A stretch of 40,735 nt of DNA, taken from Chloroflexota bacterium. Lineage in GTDB: Bacteria > Chloroflexota > Limnocylindria > Limnocylindrales > CSP1-4. This document shows, piece by piece, positions 17,638 through 27,101 of the stretch. Under the pieces are notes generated by a model that saw only the letters and a program-made list of their open reading frames with translations, had not been told where the DNA came from and ran no database searches. The stretch is taken from the NCBI GenBank assembly GCA_039933375.1, contig JBDTOF010000116.1:1-40735 (forward strand), written 5' to 3'. Made by a program: the position numbers and the translations under genes. Position 1 is the first letter of the stretch, and each line of letters starts with the position of its first letter.

Positions 17638-18972
17638 TCAGTGTAGTCGCTCGGCCGCGACGGCCGCCAGCGTGTCGGCCAGCTCGCCGACCAGGGACGC
17701 GTCCGGGCCCTCGACCATCACCCGCAGGGCCGGCTCGGTGCCAGAGGGGCGGACGAGGATTCTCCCAACCCCTCCGAGACGCTCGCGCGCCTCCGCGAGC
17801 GCCTTCTGGATGACCGGATCGCCTTCCCATTGGTCCTTGTGCCGAACCCGGACTGCCCGCTGTTGCTGAGGCATCAAATCGATGACCGAGGCCAGCTCCG
17901 CGAGGGATCGCCCGCTGCCGACCATGACACGGAGGACCTCGAGGGCCGTGACAATTCCATCGCCCGAGGTCGTGTGCTCGGCGATGATCACGTGTCCACT
18001 CTTCTCTCCGCCGAGCCCGGCCCCGGCGACCTGCATGCCCTCGAGGATGTACTTGTCACCAACGGGTGTCCGGACCACGGCCCCGCCGGCCCCCTCCACG
18101 GCCCGCTGCAGGCCCCCGTTCGACAGGACCGAGACCACCAGTGTCCGGCCCGCGAGCGCGTCTCGACCCAGCCGCTCGAGGGCCAGGATGCCGAGGACCT
18201 GGTCGCCGTCCACGATTTCGCCGGCGGCGTTCACCGCAATCAGACGGTCCGCATCGCCATCCAGAGCGAAGCCGACATCGGCCCCGAGCTCGAGCACCGC
18301 CCGGGCGAGAGCCGCCGGATCCGTGGCCCCGCAGGCGAGGTTGATGTTCGACCCGTCGGGCGTCGCGTTGATGACCTCGACCTGGGCGCCGGTGGCGGTC
18401 AGGATGCCTGGAGCAAAGGCACCGCCCGATCCGTTGGCCGCGTCCAGGACAATCCGCAGCCCTCGGGCATCGACCGTCGACGCGAGCCGGAGGCGGGCTT
18501 CCGTGTAGGCCGCCACGCGATCGCGGGCATCGATGCTTATCCCGAGTTCGTCGTTGCCGACACCCCCGAGCTCCTCCGTCCTCCAGATCAGTTGCTCGAG
18601 CTCGTCCTCAATCGGATCGTCGAGCTTGAGGCCCTGACCGTCGAGTACCTTGAGGCCGTTGTCGGCGGCGGGATTGTGCGATGCGGAGACCATGATTCCC
18701 GCGGCATACGCGCCGCTTCCGGCCAGAAACGCCAGGGCGGGTGTCGGGACGATGCCGACCTGGTGGACGTCAGTCCCGAGGCTGGTGGCGCCGGCCGTGA
18801 TCGCAGCCACGAACAGGTCACCCGACCGTCGCGTGTCCTGGCCGACCACAATGGCGCCGCGGCCGCCAGCGAGCCGATGAGCCGTCGCGCGACCGAGCGC
18901 GTAGGCGATCGTCGGCTTCAGATCGATGTTGGCGACGCCACGGATGCCGTCGGTGCCAAACAGACGAGGCAC
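17638..18972 (-). CDS. glmM: phosphoglucosamine mutase
   Basis: The 444-aa ORF has FGTDGIRG and the phosphoserine loop SASHNPAADNG. Confidence 0.95.
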   Translation of the reverse strand: MPRLFGTDGIRGVANIDLKPTIAYALGRATAHRLAGGRGAIVVGQDTRRSGDLFVAAITAGATSLGTDVHQVGIVPTPALAFLAGSGAYAAGIMVSASHNPAADNGLKVLDGQGLKLDDPIEDELEQLIWRTEELGGVGNDELGISIDARDRVAAYTEARLRLASTVDARGLRIVLDAANGSGGAFAPGILTATGAQVEVINATPDGSNINLACGATDPAALARAVLELGADVGFALDGDADRLIAVNAAGEIVDGDQVLGILALERLGRDALAGRTLVVSVLSNGGLQRAVEGAGGAVVRTPVGDKYILEGMQVAGAGLGGEKSGHVIIAEHTTSGDGIVTALEVLRVMVGSGRSLAELASVIDLMPQQQRAVRVRHKDQWEGDPVIQKALAEARERLGGVGRILVRPSGTEPALRVMVEGPDASLVGELADTLAAVAAERLH

Positions 18973-19020
18973 GGGCTCGTCAACCTCCTTGCGTTGTAGG
19001 GTAGCGGCCCGCCCGACCGG

Positions 19021-20274
19021 TCAAGGGGCCGGACTCGGACTTGGACCCGGACTTGGACTTGGACCCGGGGGTGGCAGCGTGATCGTTACGGAGATGGCGT
19101 TCGGGCTCGCCCCGACGAGTGTGAGCCCGGTCAGGAGGTTCGCGCTGACGCTGACGTCATGCAGCCCGACGGCGAGCCCGGTGACGTCGAGGGTCAGGAC
19201 GAGGCTCGAACCGGAGAGCCGGTCGAGGTCCGCGACCGAGCCGCCGATCGTGACCAGGACCCGGTCAGTGGACAACGCATAGATCCGGTCGGCTCGCGCG
19301 CCGGCCAGGATCAGGCCCGCCTCGAACGTTCGGGTCGAGGTGACGGGACGGAGGGCGACGGTCACCTTGACGGTCGCCACTCCCGGAGCCTGGACCCCAT
19401 CGGGGAGCTGGAGCGGTACGTCAACCGAGACGGTCGACGACGCGCCGGTGATCGTCACCGCCGAGGTATCGGCGAACTCCAGCGGCGCGATGTTGTCAGC
19501 GTCCCCTTCGATGCTGATCACGATCGGGTCGACCATGACCGACGCGACCTCGAAGCCGACCGCCGGCGACCCGATGACCACGGGGCGGATCGGCAGCGAT
19601 CTCGTCTGCCGGTTGGTGAAGATCGGGAGACGGACCTTGACGTTCGGCGGGACGATATCAACCGGGAGCAGCACCTCACCGGCAGCGTCGACCGCGACGA
19701 GATCGATCGTTCGATTGACGTCGATCCCGGACACGTCGAGGGTCGTCCGCGCCTGGACCTCGCTGATGCGCTCGACAATGGACGCGGCGCCCGTCACCGT
19801 GGCCTCCGTGGCCGACAGAGTCGGCTGGCCGAGGTCAAGGCCCGTGGGCACGGGCCCGTATTCGACCCGGATGGGAACGGTTCTGCTCACCACGGCATCC
19901 AGCTGAACGGTGATCTGGCGGGGCTCGTAGTCGAGGACCTGGACGCGCGGGTCAACCGCGACGACCCGAACGGGGACCGAGGTTCGACCGCCCGTCGCCG
20001 CGACGCTCGAAAGATCGACGACGGCGCGGAAGCTCGAGCTGTCCAAACGCAGCCCCAGGTCCTCGGGGACGAAGTAGCGGATCTGGCGAACGGCGCCGAG
20101 GTCCGACAGGATGGTCACCCCGCGTGACAGGCCCGTCGTCTCGATCGGGACCGATCCCTCGAAGAACTGGGCGCTGGAAGAAACCACGAGTCCGACGTAC
20201 AGCAGGAACGCAAAGGCGATGGCGCCAAGCTTGAGTGGCCAGTTGTGGAGGACCAGCCGCTGCAGGCGCCTCAT
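19021..20274 (-). CDS. cdaR: YbbR-domain protein (CdaR-like regulator of diadenylate cyclase)
   Basis: The 417-aa ORF has an N-terminal transmembrane helix (NWPLKLGAIAFAFLLYVGLVV) followed by repeated beta-rich YbbR-like modules. It lies immediately downstream of cdaA with an ATGA overlap. The C-terminus is a Pro/Ser/Gly repeat (PPPGPSPSPGPSPSPAP). Confidence 0.8.
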   Translation of the reverse strand: MRRLQRLVLHNWPLKLGAIAFAFLLYVGLVVSSSAQFFEGSVPIETTGLSRGVTILSDLGAVRQIRYFVPEDLGLRLDSSSFRAVVDLSSVAATGGRTSVPVRVVAVDPRVQVLDYEPRQITVQLDAVVSRTVPIRVEYGPVPTGLDLGQPTLSATEATVTGAASIVERISEVQARTTLDVSGIDVNRTIDLVAVDAAGEVLLPVDIVPPNVKVRLPIFTNRQTRSLPIRPVVIGSPAVGFEVASVMVDPIVISIEGDADNIAPLEFADTSAVTITGASSTVSVDVPLQLPDGVQAPGVATVKVTVALRPVTSTRTFEAGLILAGARADRIYALSTDRVLVTIGGSVADLDRLSGSSLVLTLDVTGLAVGLHDVSVSANLLTGLTLVGASPNAISVTITLPPPGPSPSPGPSPSPAP

Positions 20275-21380
20275 CGACCAGCGGCCGCCGAATCGGATCC
20301 ATCAGGCGCGCTGGCGCGCCCAGGCTCCGGCGTGCTGGTGCGGCCAGGCTCCGGCGTGCTGGTGCGGCCAGGCTCCACGACGGCATGCGTCTCGGAGGCG
20401 CCGATCCCGGTCGATGCCGTGGCCTCGAGCGGTTGTGTGCGCTGCATGTCCGCTCGTGATGCTGTCGTCGAGCTCCGCGGAGCGGCACCGTCGGCGCGGG
20501 GCGGCTGGTCATCGCGGGGTCCGAGCACCATCCGGCCGATTCGCGCGAGCGACGGTGCACTGGTCACGCGACCCGTCCCGGGGATGCGCCGGTGGGTTCC
20601 ATCGGATGCGGGGTCCAGCAGGGTCCGGATGGCCCGCGCAAGCTGGACCTCGTTGAGGTGGCGGATGATCCGCGCCCGCTCGATCAGGCTGATCTGGCCG
20701 TTCTCCTCCGAGACGACCACGACCACGGCATCGGTCTGCTCGGTGATCCCGAGCGCCGCGCGGTGGCGCGTTCCGAACCGCTCGGTGTGGATGGCCGTCT
20801 CGACGAGGGGCAGGAGCGCCCCGGCGGCGAGGATCGACCTGCCGCGCACGATGACTGCTCCGTCGTGGAGCTCGGTCTTCGGCATGAAGATGGTCCTGAG
20901 GAGATCGACCGACAGGTCCCCGTGGATCATCACACCGCTCTCGGCGATTTCCTCGAGACCGGTGTCGCGCTCGAGTACGATCAGCGCCCCATGGCCGTCA
21001 CCGGACATGAGCGAAGCAGCTCGCGCCACCTCGGCCGCCACGTGCTCGGCTGCGGAGTTCTCGCTCGGGAAGAGCCACGCCAGCGAACCGACCCGACCAA
21101 TCCGGTCCAATGCTCGACGCAGCTCAGGCTGGAAGACCACCACCAGGGCAAACAGGCCAACGACCGCCCCGGCCTGGAGGATCTGTGTGAGAAGGCGCAG
21201 CGTCAGCGCCTGCGCCACGAAGTAGACGCCAAACAGAACGCTGACCCCGATCACAAGGCGCACTGCACGAGTTCCCCGGATCAGGCTGAACAGCCAGTAG
21301 ATCAGGAGCGCAGTGATCCCGATGTCGAGCAACGTCGTTGGCCGAACCTGATCGAGGATCGACGCGAGGACCTGCGGCAT
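20271..21380 (-). CDS. cdaA: diadenylate cyclase CdaA (c-di-AMP synthase) with a long low-complexity C-terminal tail
   Basis: It has N-terminal TM helices and a DAC domain with the catalytic motifs HDGAVIV (DGA) and GTRHRAA (RHR). The start is trimmed to the ATG at 21380 (MPQVLASILD). About 110 residues follow the DAC domain. Confidence 0.9.
   Translation of the reverse strand: MPQVLASILDQVRPTTLLDIGITALLIYWLFSLIRGTRAVRLVIGVSVLFGVYFVAQALTLRLLTQILQAGAVVGLFALVVVFQPELRRALDRIGRVGSLAWLFPSENSAAEHVAAEVARAASLMSGDGHGALIVLERDTGLEEIAESGVMIHGDLSVDLLRTIFMPKTELHDGAVIVRGRSILAAGALLPLVETAIHTERFGTRHRAALGITEQTDAVVVVVSEENGQISLIERARIIRHLNEVQLARAIRTLLDPASDGTHRRIPGTGRVTSAPSLARIGRMVLGPRDDQPPRADGAAPRSSTTASRADMQRTQPLEATASTGIGASETHAVVEPGRTSTPEPGRTSTPEPGRASAPDGSDSAAAGR
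20317..20377. repeat. 24-bp tandem repeat (about 2.5 copies) inside the cdaA 3' region
   Basis: cgcccaggctccggcgtgctggtg (20317-20340) and cggccaggctccggcgtgctggtg (20341-20364) are followed by cggccaggctcc. On the minus strand this encodes EPGRTSTP-EPGRTSTP-EPGRASAP. Confidence 0.9.
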
Positions 21381-21432
21381 CGTCGGGCGAGTGTAGCATC
21401 GCGGACCCGGTTCGCCGGACGCTCGTGAGCGG

Positions 21433-22386
21433 TCAGGCGGGCGGCGTCGCTCCGTTGCCGACGGGAGTGAGCCCGTGCGCCGCCGAGAACTCGCGAATCG
21501 CGGCCGCGGCAGTCGCATCCTCGTCGAGTTCGGCCAGACGCGCGAGCAGTCTCACCTTCTCGACTGCCAGGTCCGTCCAGTTGCGCGCCACCTGGTTGGC
21601 CGCGATCTCCAGCTGTACAGCGGTGTCAGCCGGATCGAGAGCAACGAGAACGAGCGCCGCATCGAGCGCTGCATCAAGGCGACCCAACGATCGCTGTGCG
21701 ACCGACGCGGCGAGGAGCAAATCATGCGCCGCGACTCCATCACCGGCATCGAGGAGCGCCCATGCCGCAACCATGGCCGCCCGCGGGTCGAACGGCACCG
21801 GCGGTTCGGCTAGCAACGGTGGCTCTTCCGGCATCGGTGGATCCGGGAGGGCGGCCCCAACCTCAGCGTGTCCGCGCGACTCGTCCGCCGCAGACCCGAT
21901 GAAGCGCCCCGCTCGAGCGACGGCATCGGCTGCTCGCTGCTCGCCTTCGATCATGCGGAGCTGGGCGACCACCCGCTCGAGCGTCCTCCGACGGGTCCGC
22001 GATTCGGCCAGCTCGAGGGCAGCCAGGGCTTCGTCGCAGGCCTCGATGAGCCGTCCGTCACGCTCCAGCACCTCGGCGAGCATCTCGTGGTCCGTCGCAG
22101 CCTCCCGGGGGCGTCGAAGCGCGATCCGCACGGTGGCCCGGCCGCGGAGCGCGGGCTCATCCGTTGGGGTCCGCCGAAGCGCCGCGCTGAAGGCGAGTTC
22201 GGCATCGTCAAGGCGGCCAAGACGGAGCAGGACCTGGCCCAGGCTCACATGCGGGAGCGCTCGGTCGGGCGCCAGGACGGCGGCGGCCTCGTAGGCCGCG
22301 ATGGCGTCGGCCAACCGTCCCTGCTGGGCGGCGAGATGACCGCGCCGCAGCGTCTCCTTGTATCGCTCGAAGAGGATCTGGCTCAT
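21433..22386 (-). CDS. TPR-repeat protein, function unknown
   Basis: The 317-aa ORF has N-terminal TPR-like helical repeats (GRLADAIAAYEAAAVLAPD, LGRLDDAELAFSAALRRTP). Its ATG overlaps the argF stop (ATGA). Confidence 0.7.
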   Translation of the reverse strand: MSQILFERYKETLRRGHLAAQQGRLADAIAAYEAAAVLAPDRALPHVSLGQVLLRLGRLDDAELAFSAALRRTPTDEPALRGRATVRIALRRPREAATDHEMLAEVLERDGRLIEACDEALAALELAESRTRRRTLERVVAQLRMIEGEQRAADAVARAGRFIGSAADESRGHAEVGAALPDPPMPEEPPLLAEPPVPFDPRAAMVAAWALLDAGDGVAAHDLLLAASVAQRSLGRLDAALDAALVLVALDPADTAVQLEIAANQVARNWTDLAVEKVRLLARLAELDEDATAAAAIREFSAAHGLTPVGNGATPPA

Positions 22387-23408
22387 GGCGTCCCGATTGT
22401 CGCAGGCTGGCTCGTCTGCGCCTCAGGATCCGCCGGGTCGCCGAGGATTTCCACCAGGAGTCCCTTCTGGACGTGGAGTCGATTCTCCGACTGCCGGAAG
22501 ATGACACTCTGCGGGCCATCCATGACCTCGGATGTGATCTCCTGGCCGCGATGAGCCGGCAGGCAGTGCATCACGATCGCTTCCGGCCCTGCGATCCCGA
22601 TCAACTCGGCGTTGACCTGATAGTCGGCGAAGGCCGTGCGCCGTTCGGCCTCCTCGGCCTCCTGCCCCATCGAGGTCCAGGCATCGGTGTAGATGACATC
22701 GGCCCCTTCAACCAGCTCGCGCGGGTCCTGCCCGACCTCGAGTCGACCGCCGTGCTCGGCGGCGAGCCGCTCAACGATCGCGACGACCCCCTCATCGGGG
22801 CCGTAGCCGCGGGGATGAGCGAGGCGAACGGTCGCGCCCTGGCCAGCCGCGGTGAGTGCGAGCGAATGGAAGACGTTGTTCCCGTCCCCGACGAACGCGA
22901 TCGTCCGCCCGGCGATCGGCCCGAGGACCTCCTGGATCGTGAAGACATCGGCATACGCCTGGCACGGGTGCTCGTGCAGCGTCAGCGCATTGATGACGGG
23001 GATATTCGCCTGCGCTGCGAACTCAACGGCAACCTCGTGGGGTCCCGTCCTGATCACGATCCCATCGACGAAGCCCTGGAGATTCCGGGCTACGTCGGCG
23101 ATTGTCTCCCGGACCCCCCAGCCCGCGTTGCCCGACGTCAGCTGGATCGCCGATCCGCCGAGCTGGACCATGCCGGCCTCGAAGGTGACCCGGGTCCGAA
23201 GCGACGGATGCTCGAAGAGCATCGCGAGCGTCCGACGAACGAGCGGCGGACGAGCGTGTTGTCGGTCGCTGGCGAATTCCGCCTTGAGCCGTGTTGCGGT
23301 CGCGAGGACCCGTCGAATCTCCGACGGGTCCAGGTCGGACGCGCTGATGAGGTCCCGGCCGCGAAGGCTACCGGGCGCGGCGACGGACGTTGGCCTCGCG
23401 GAGGACAC
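22383..23408 (-). CDS. argF: ornithine carbamoyltransferase
   Basis: It has the carbamoyl-phosphate motif SLRTR and HPCQ, plus the ornithine-site motifs DAWTSMG and HCLPAHRG. The start is a GTG. Confidence 0.9.
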   Translation of the reverse strand: MSSARPTSVAAPGSLRGRDLISASDLDPSEIRRVLATATRLKAEFASDRQHARPPLVRRTLAMLFEHPSLRTRVTFEAGMVQLGGSAIQLTSGNAGWGVRETIADVARNLQGFVDGIVIRTGPHEVAVEFAAQANIPVINALTLHEHPCQAYADVFTIQEVLGPIAGRTIAFVGDGNNVFHSLALTAAGQGATVRLAHPRGYGPDEGVVAIVERLAAEHGGRLEVGQDPRELVEGADVIYTDAWTSMGQEAEEAERRTAFADYQVNAELIGIAGPEAIVMHCLPAHRGQEITSEVMDGPQSVIFRQSENRLHVQKGLLVEILGDPADPEAQTSQPATIGTP

Positions 23409-23426
23409 GCCGTCCTGCTCGGCGGC

Positions 23427-23825
23427 TCAGCGCTTGGTGTACTGCGGCGCCTTGCGGGCTCGCTTGAGGCCGAACTTCTTGCGCTCCTTCATCCGCGGGT
23501 CACGCGTGAGGAGGCCGGCCTGTCGAAGCGACACCCGAAACCCGGGATCAAGTTCGAGGAGCGCCCTCGCGATCCCATGGCGGATGGCCCCTGCCTGTCC
23601 GGTCACGCCGCCACCCTCGACCTTGACCATCGCGTTGAAGCGACCTTCGGTCCCGGTCACGTGGAATGGCATGCGGACGTCGGCCTCGTCGATCGCGTTG
23701 CCAAAGTGCTCGATCATCGAGCGGCCATTGACGACGATCTCGCCCTCGCCAGGCATCAGTCGGACGCGGGCAACGGCCGTCTTGCGACGACCCGTCCCGG
23801 AGTTGTAGGCAGTGGTAGCACTCAT
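23427..23825 (-). CDS. rpsI: 30S ribosomal protein S9
   Basis: It has [33 protein letters not shown] and the C-terminal KAPQYTKR. Confidence 0.97.
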   Translation of the reverse strand: MSATTAYNSGTGRRKTAVARVRLMPGEGEIVVNGRSMIEHFGNAIDEADVRMPFHVTGTEGRFNAMVKVEGGGVTGQAGAIRHGIARALLELDPGFRVSLRQAGLLTRDPRMKERKKFGLKRARKAPQYTKR

Positions 23826-23838
23826 GGATGGCTCCTTG

Positions 23839-24270
23839 TCAGGCGAGCGGCTCAGGCCGCTGGGCCTGATGCGGATGGTCCGATCCCGCGTAGATCTTCA
23901 GCTTGCGGAGCTGCTGCGCCCCGAGCTTGTTGTGGGGCATCATGCCTTTGATCGCGCGGCGGATGACTTCCTCCGGCCGGCGCTCGAGAAGGTGACCGAG
24001 TGACTCCTCCTTGAACCCACCGGGATATCCGCTGTGGCGCGCGTAGATCTTGCTGTCGATCTTGTCCCGACTGACCGCGACCTTGCCGGCGTTGAGGATG
24101 ATCACGTGGTCGCCAGTATCCAGGTTGGCCGTATAGGTCGGCTTGTCCTTCCCCGACAGCACACGCGCAATCCGGGTCGCAAGGCGGCCCAGCGTCTGGT
24201 CCGTCGCGTCAACGACGAACCAGCGTCGCTCGATCTCGCTCTCCCGAGCCGTGTAGGTCTTGGCGTTCAT
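23839..24270 (-). CDS. rplM: 50S ribosomal protein L13
   Basis: It has [32 protein letters not shown]. Confidence 0.97.
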   Translation of the reverse strand: MNAKTYTARESEIERRWFVVDATDQTLGRLATRIARVLSGKDKPTYTANLDTGDHVIILNAGKVAVSRDKIDSKIYARHSGYPGGFKEESLGHLLERRPEEVIRRAIKGMMPHNKLGAQQLRKLKIYAGSDHPHQAQRPEPLA

Positions 24271-25079
24271 GCTTCCTCGTGTTCTCCGCTCGTTCGCGTC
24301 GGTGATCGTCGGTAGACGACCCGCCGAAGGTTCAATCCCCAGGCCGGCGCTGCGGCCCCGGCGAATGCAGGTCGGCGCTCGGCAAGTGCCGCTCCGACCG
24401 CTGATTCTTCAATCGTCCCCTTGCCGACGCCGATCAGCGCGGCGACCATGCGCCGGACCATTCCGCGAAGGAAGGACTCGGCCCGGACATCGATCGTGAC
24501 AAGTTGCCCAGCCCGCCGGACCCGAACGTGATGCACGTTCCGGACCGGCCTTGGATCAGCACCACCGAAGGCGGAGAAGTCGTGCCGGCCCACAAGGGCC
24601 TGCCCGGCTCGCGCCATCGCGTCCGTGTCGAGTCGGTTCCGCACCCAGAGCGCCGTTCGCGCCCGGCTGGGGCTTCGCGGGCCGTTCCAGACGGTGTAGC
24701 GGTACTCCCGGTACCGCGCCGCGTAGCGCGGGTGAAACCCCTTCGGCGCCTTCCGGAGGTCGCGAATCGCGACATCGAGTGGAAGGAGACCGTTCAGCGC
24801 TCCAGCCAGTTCCGCTGCCGCGAGGCGCCCCTCGTAGGTGAATGCAATCACCTGCCCGGTGGCGTGGACTCCGGCGTCGGTCCGGCCAGCGCCATCAACC
24901 GCGTGCCGGACACCCCCAGAGAGGGTGGCCAGCGCCGTCTCGAGCGCCCCCTGAACCGTCCGCGTCCCAGGCTGCGCCTGGAACCCGGCAAATTCCGTGC
25001 CGTCATATTCAACCCGCGCCCGATAGCGCACGGGGACACCCTCTCGGGTGCCTTGCTCCACGCCCATCAGGGCGTTCAT
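24267..25079 (-). CDS. truA: tRNA pseudouridine(38-40) synthase
   Basis: It has [14 protein letters not shown] and the catalytic-Asp region [15 protein letters not shown]. The start is trimmed to the ATG at 25079, just after the rplQ stop. An alternative ATG is at 25067. Confidence 0.88.
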   Translation of the reverse strand: MNALMGVEQGTREGVPVRYRARVEYDGTEFAGFQAQPGTRTVQGALETALATLSGGVRHAVDGAGRTDAGVHATGQVIAFTYEGRLAAAELAGALNGLLPLDVAIRDLRKAPKGFHPRYAARYREYRYTVWNGPRSPSRARTALWVRNRLDTDAMARAGQALVGRHDFSAFGGADPRPVRNVHHVRVRRAGQLVTIDVRAESFLRGMVRRMVAALIGVGKGTIEESAVGAALAERRPAFAGAAAPAWGLNLRRVVYRRSPTRTSGEHEEA

Positions 25080-25086
25080 GTATCGC

Positions 25087-25440
25087 TCAGACCAACTCGA
25101 TCTGAACGATTTCGGCCGCATCGCCCGATCGCTGACCGATCTTGACGATCCGGGTGAAGCCGGACGTCCGATCGGAGTATTTCGGTGCGATTTCGTCGAA
25201 CAGTTTCGCAACGACGAGCGGTTCGTTCGGGAAGTCCGAGACGACCGAACGTCGCGCGGCGAGGTCGCCGCGCTTGGCCAGCGTGATCATCCGCTCGACC
25301 TGACCCTGGACTTCCTTGGCCTTGGCCTCGGTCGTCTTGACTCGCTCGTATCGAAGGATCGAGACGGTCAGGTTCCGGAACATGGCCAGGCGGGGCCCGG
25401 TCTTGCGGCTGAGCTTTCGTCCGTCAATTCGATGGGCCAT
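25087..25440 (-). CDS. rplQ: 50S ribosomal protein L17
   Basis: It has MAHRIDGRKLSRKTGPRLAMFRNL. The start is trimmed to the ATG at 25440, adjacent to the rpoA stop at 25442. Confidence 0.95.
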   Translation of the reverse strand: MAHRIDGRKLSRKTGPRLAMFRNLTVSILRYERVKTTEAKAKEVQGQVERMITLAKRGDLAARRSVVSDFPNEPLVVAKLFDEIAPKYSDRTSGFTRIVKIGQRSGDAAEIVQIELV

Positions 25441-25441
25441 C

Positions 25442-26449
25442 TCAGGCGTCCTCGCCCTCGAACGGCTCGTCGCCGGCGTCGGCATCATCAGGATCGGCGG
25501 CGCTCGACGTCAGGTCGTCACTCTCAGGAAGGATGAACCCGCGCATGAGCAGGCGCTCCTTCATCTCGTCGAGCGACTTCTTGCCGAAGTTGCGCATCCG
25601 GAGGAGGTCGTCGTCCTTCAGCTGAAGGAGCTGGCCAACCTTCACGATGTTGTTCCGCTTGAGCGAGTTGTACGCCCGCATCGGCAGGTCGAGCTCCTCG
25701 ATCGGCATGTCGAGCATGTTCGGCGGGAGCTGGGGCGCGCCGGAGACCGCATGCTCAGTGGCCAGCGGGACCTGCCCGACTGTCACGAACGGACGGAACT
25801 GATCCATCAGCATCTGCGCTGACCGGCTGAGGGCTTCTTCAGGGGTCAGGGTCCCGTCGGTCTCGATCTCGATCGTCAGCTTGTCGTAGTTGGTGATCTG
25901 ACCAACCCGCATGCTCTCGACCCAGTAGTTGACCTTCCGGACCGGGGCGAAGATGGCGTCGACGGCAATCACACCGATCGGCAGCGCTTCGGCTCGCTCT
26001 GCGCCGAGGTAGCCAACGCCACGCTCGACGGTCAGGTCCATCTCGATGGTCACGTCATCGGCATCGAGCGTCATGAGCACGAGCTCGGGGTTGACGATCT
26101 CGATGTCGGCGGACTCGATGAGATCCGCGGCGAGGACCGGCCCGGCGCCGCTCTTGGAAAGTCGCAGCTGGACGGGGTGCGAGGCAAAGCTCTTGAGGCG
26201 GAGCTTCTTGACGTTGAGGACGATCTGGGTGACGTCTTCCTTGACGCCGGGGATCGTCGAGAATTCCTGGTACACGTCCCGGATCTGGATGGACGTCACG
26301 GCCGCTCCTTCGAGCGACGAGAGGAGAACGCGCCGAAGCGCGTTGCCAAGGGTGACGCCGTACCCGGCCTGGAGGGGTCCAGCCTCGTACTTGCCGTAGG
26401 TGCCGACTTCCTCGACGGGCTCGATCTGCGGGGTCTCGACTTCGATCAT
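25442..26449 (-). CDS. rpoA: DNA-directed RNA polymerase subunit alpha
   Basis: The 335-aa ORF has GYGVTLGNALRRVLLSS and C-terminal-domain segments PIEELDLPMRAYNSLKRNNI. It ends in an acidic tail. Confidence 0.97.
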   Translation of the reverse strand: MIEVETPQIEPVEEVGTYGKYEAGPLQAGYGVTLGNALRRVLLSSLEGAAVTSIQIRDVYQEFSTIPGVKEDVTQIVLNVKKLRLKSFASHPVQLRLSKSGAGPVLAADLIESADIEIVNPELVLMTLDADDVTIEMDLTVERGVGYLGAERAEALPIGVIAVDAIFAPVRKVNYWVESMRVGQITNYDKLTIEIETDGTLTPEEALSRSAQMLMDQFRPFVTVGQVPLATEHAVSGAPQLPPNMLDMPIEELDLPMRAYNSLKRNNIVKVGQLLQLKDDDLLRMRNFGKKSLDEMKERLLMRGFILPESDDLTSSAADPDDADAGDEPFEGEDA

Positions 26450-26458
26450 GGGGTGGGG

Positions 26459-27085
26459 CTACCTCGAGTAGAACTCGACCACGAGCTGCTCGTTGAGATC
26501 GAGCGGCATCTGGTCGCGTCGGGGAAGGCTCAGGACGTTGCCCGCCAGGCGAGCCGGCTCCAGGCTGAGCCACTCGGGGGCCTGGTGCGAGCGAAGGGTC
26601 TCCTTGGCGGTCTTGAACGGCTCGAGTTCGCGATGGGACTCGCGGATCTCGATCCGGTCGCCAGCCTTCAGGTGATAGGACGGAATGTCCGTCGGGACGC
26701 CGTTGACCGTGAAGTGGCCGTGGGCCACGAACTGCCGGGCCTGCGCCCGGGAGGCTGCAAACCCGAGGCGAAAGACCACGTTGTCCATTCGTGTCTCAAG
26801 GAAGCGGAGAAGGTTCTCGCCCGTCACGCCATCCTCGTGGGAGGCCTGCGTGAAGTAGTTCTGGAACTGTCGCTCCAGGACGGAGTAGACGCGGCGAACC
26901 TTCTGCTTCTCGCGCAGCTGGATGCCGAAGTCGCCCATCTTCCGGCGACGGACGCCATGCTGTCCGGGCGGGCTCGGGCGACGCTCGAAGGCGCACTTCT
27001 TCGAGTAGCAGCGCAAGCCCTTCAGATAGAGCTTGGCGCCCTCGCGGCGGCACAGGCGACAGACGGATTCGGTGTATCGGGCCAT
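26459..27085 (-). CDS. rpsD: 30S ribosomal protein S4 (Cys-containing form)
   Basis: It starts MARYTESVCRLCRREGAKLYLKGLRCYSKKC. Confidence 0.97.
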   Translation of the reverse strand: MARYTESVCRLCRREGAKLYLKGLRCYSKKCAFERRPSPPGQHGVRRRKMGDFGIQLREKQKVRRVYSVLERQFQNYFTQASHEDGVTGENLLRFLETRMDNVVFRLGFAASRAQARQFVAHGHFTVNGVPTDIPSYHLKAGDRIEIRESHRELEPFKTAKETLRSHQAPEWLSLEPARLAGNVLSLPRRDQMPLDLNEQLVVEFYSR

Positions 27086-27101
27086 TGGTTCCTGTCTCCG
27101 C

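Noticed and set aside
20317-20377. Tandem repeats as a possible CRISPR or minisatellite locus. The 18-bp repeat at 9291-9331 and the hexamer-like ggactt/ggaccc repeats at about 19025-19070 were also considered.
   Set aside because: The repeats are directly adjacent with no spacers, reach only 2-3 copies, and two of the three lie inside coding sequence, where they encode low-complexity peptide. They are not CRISPR arrays.
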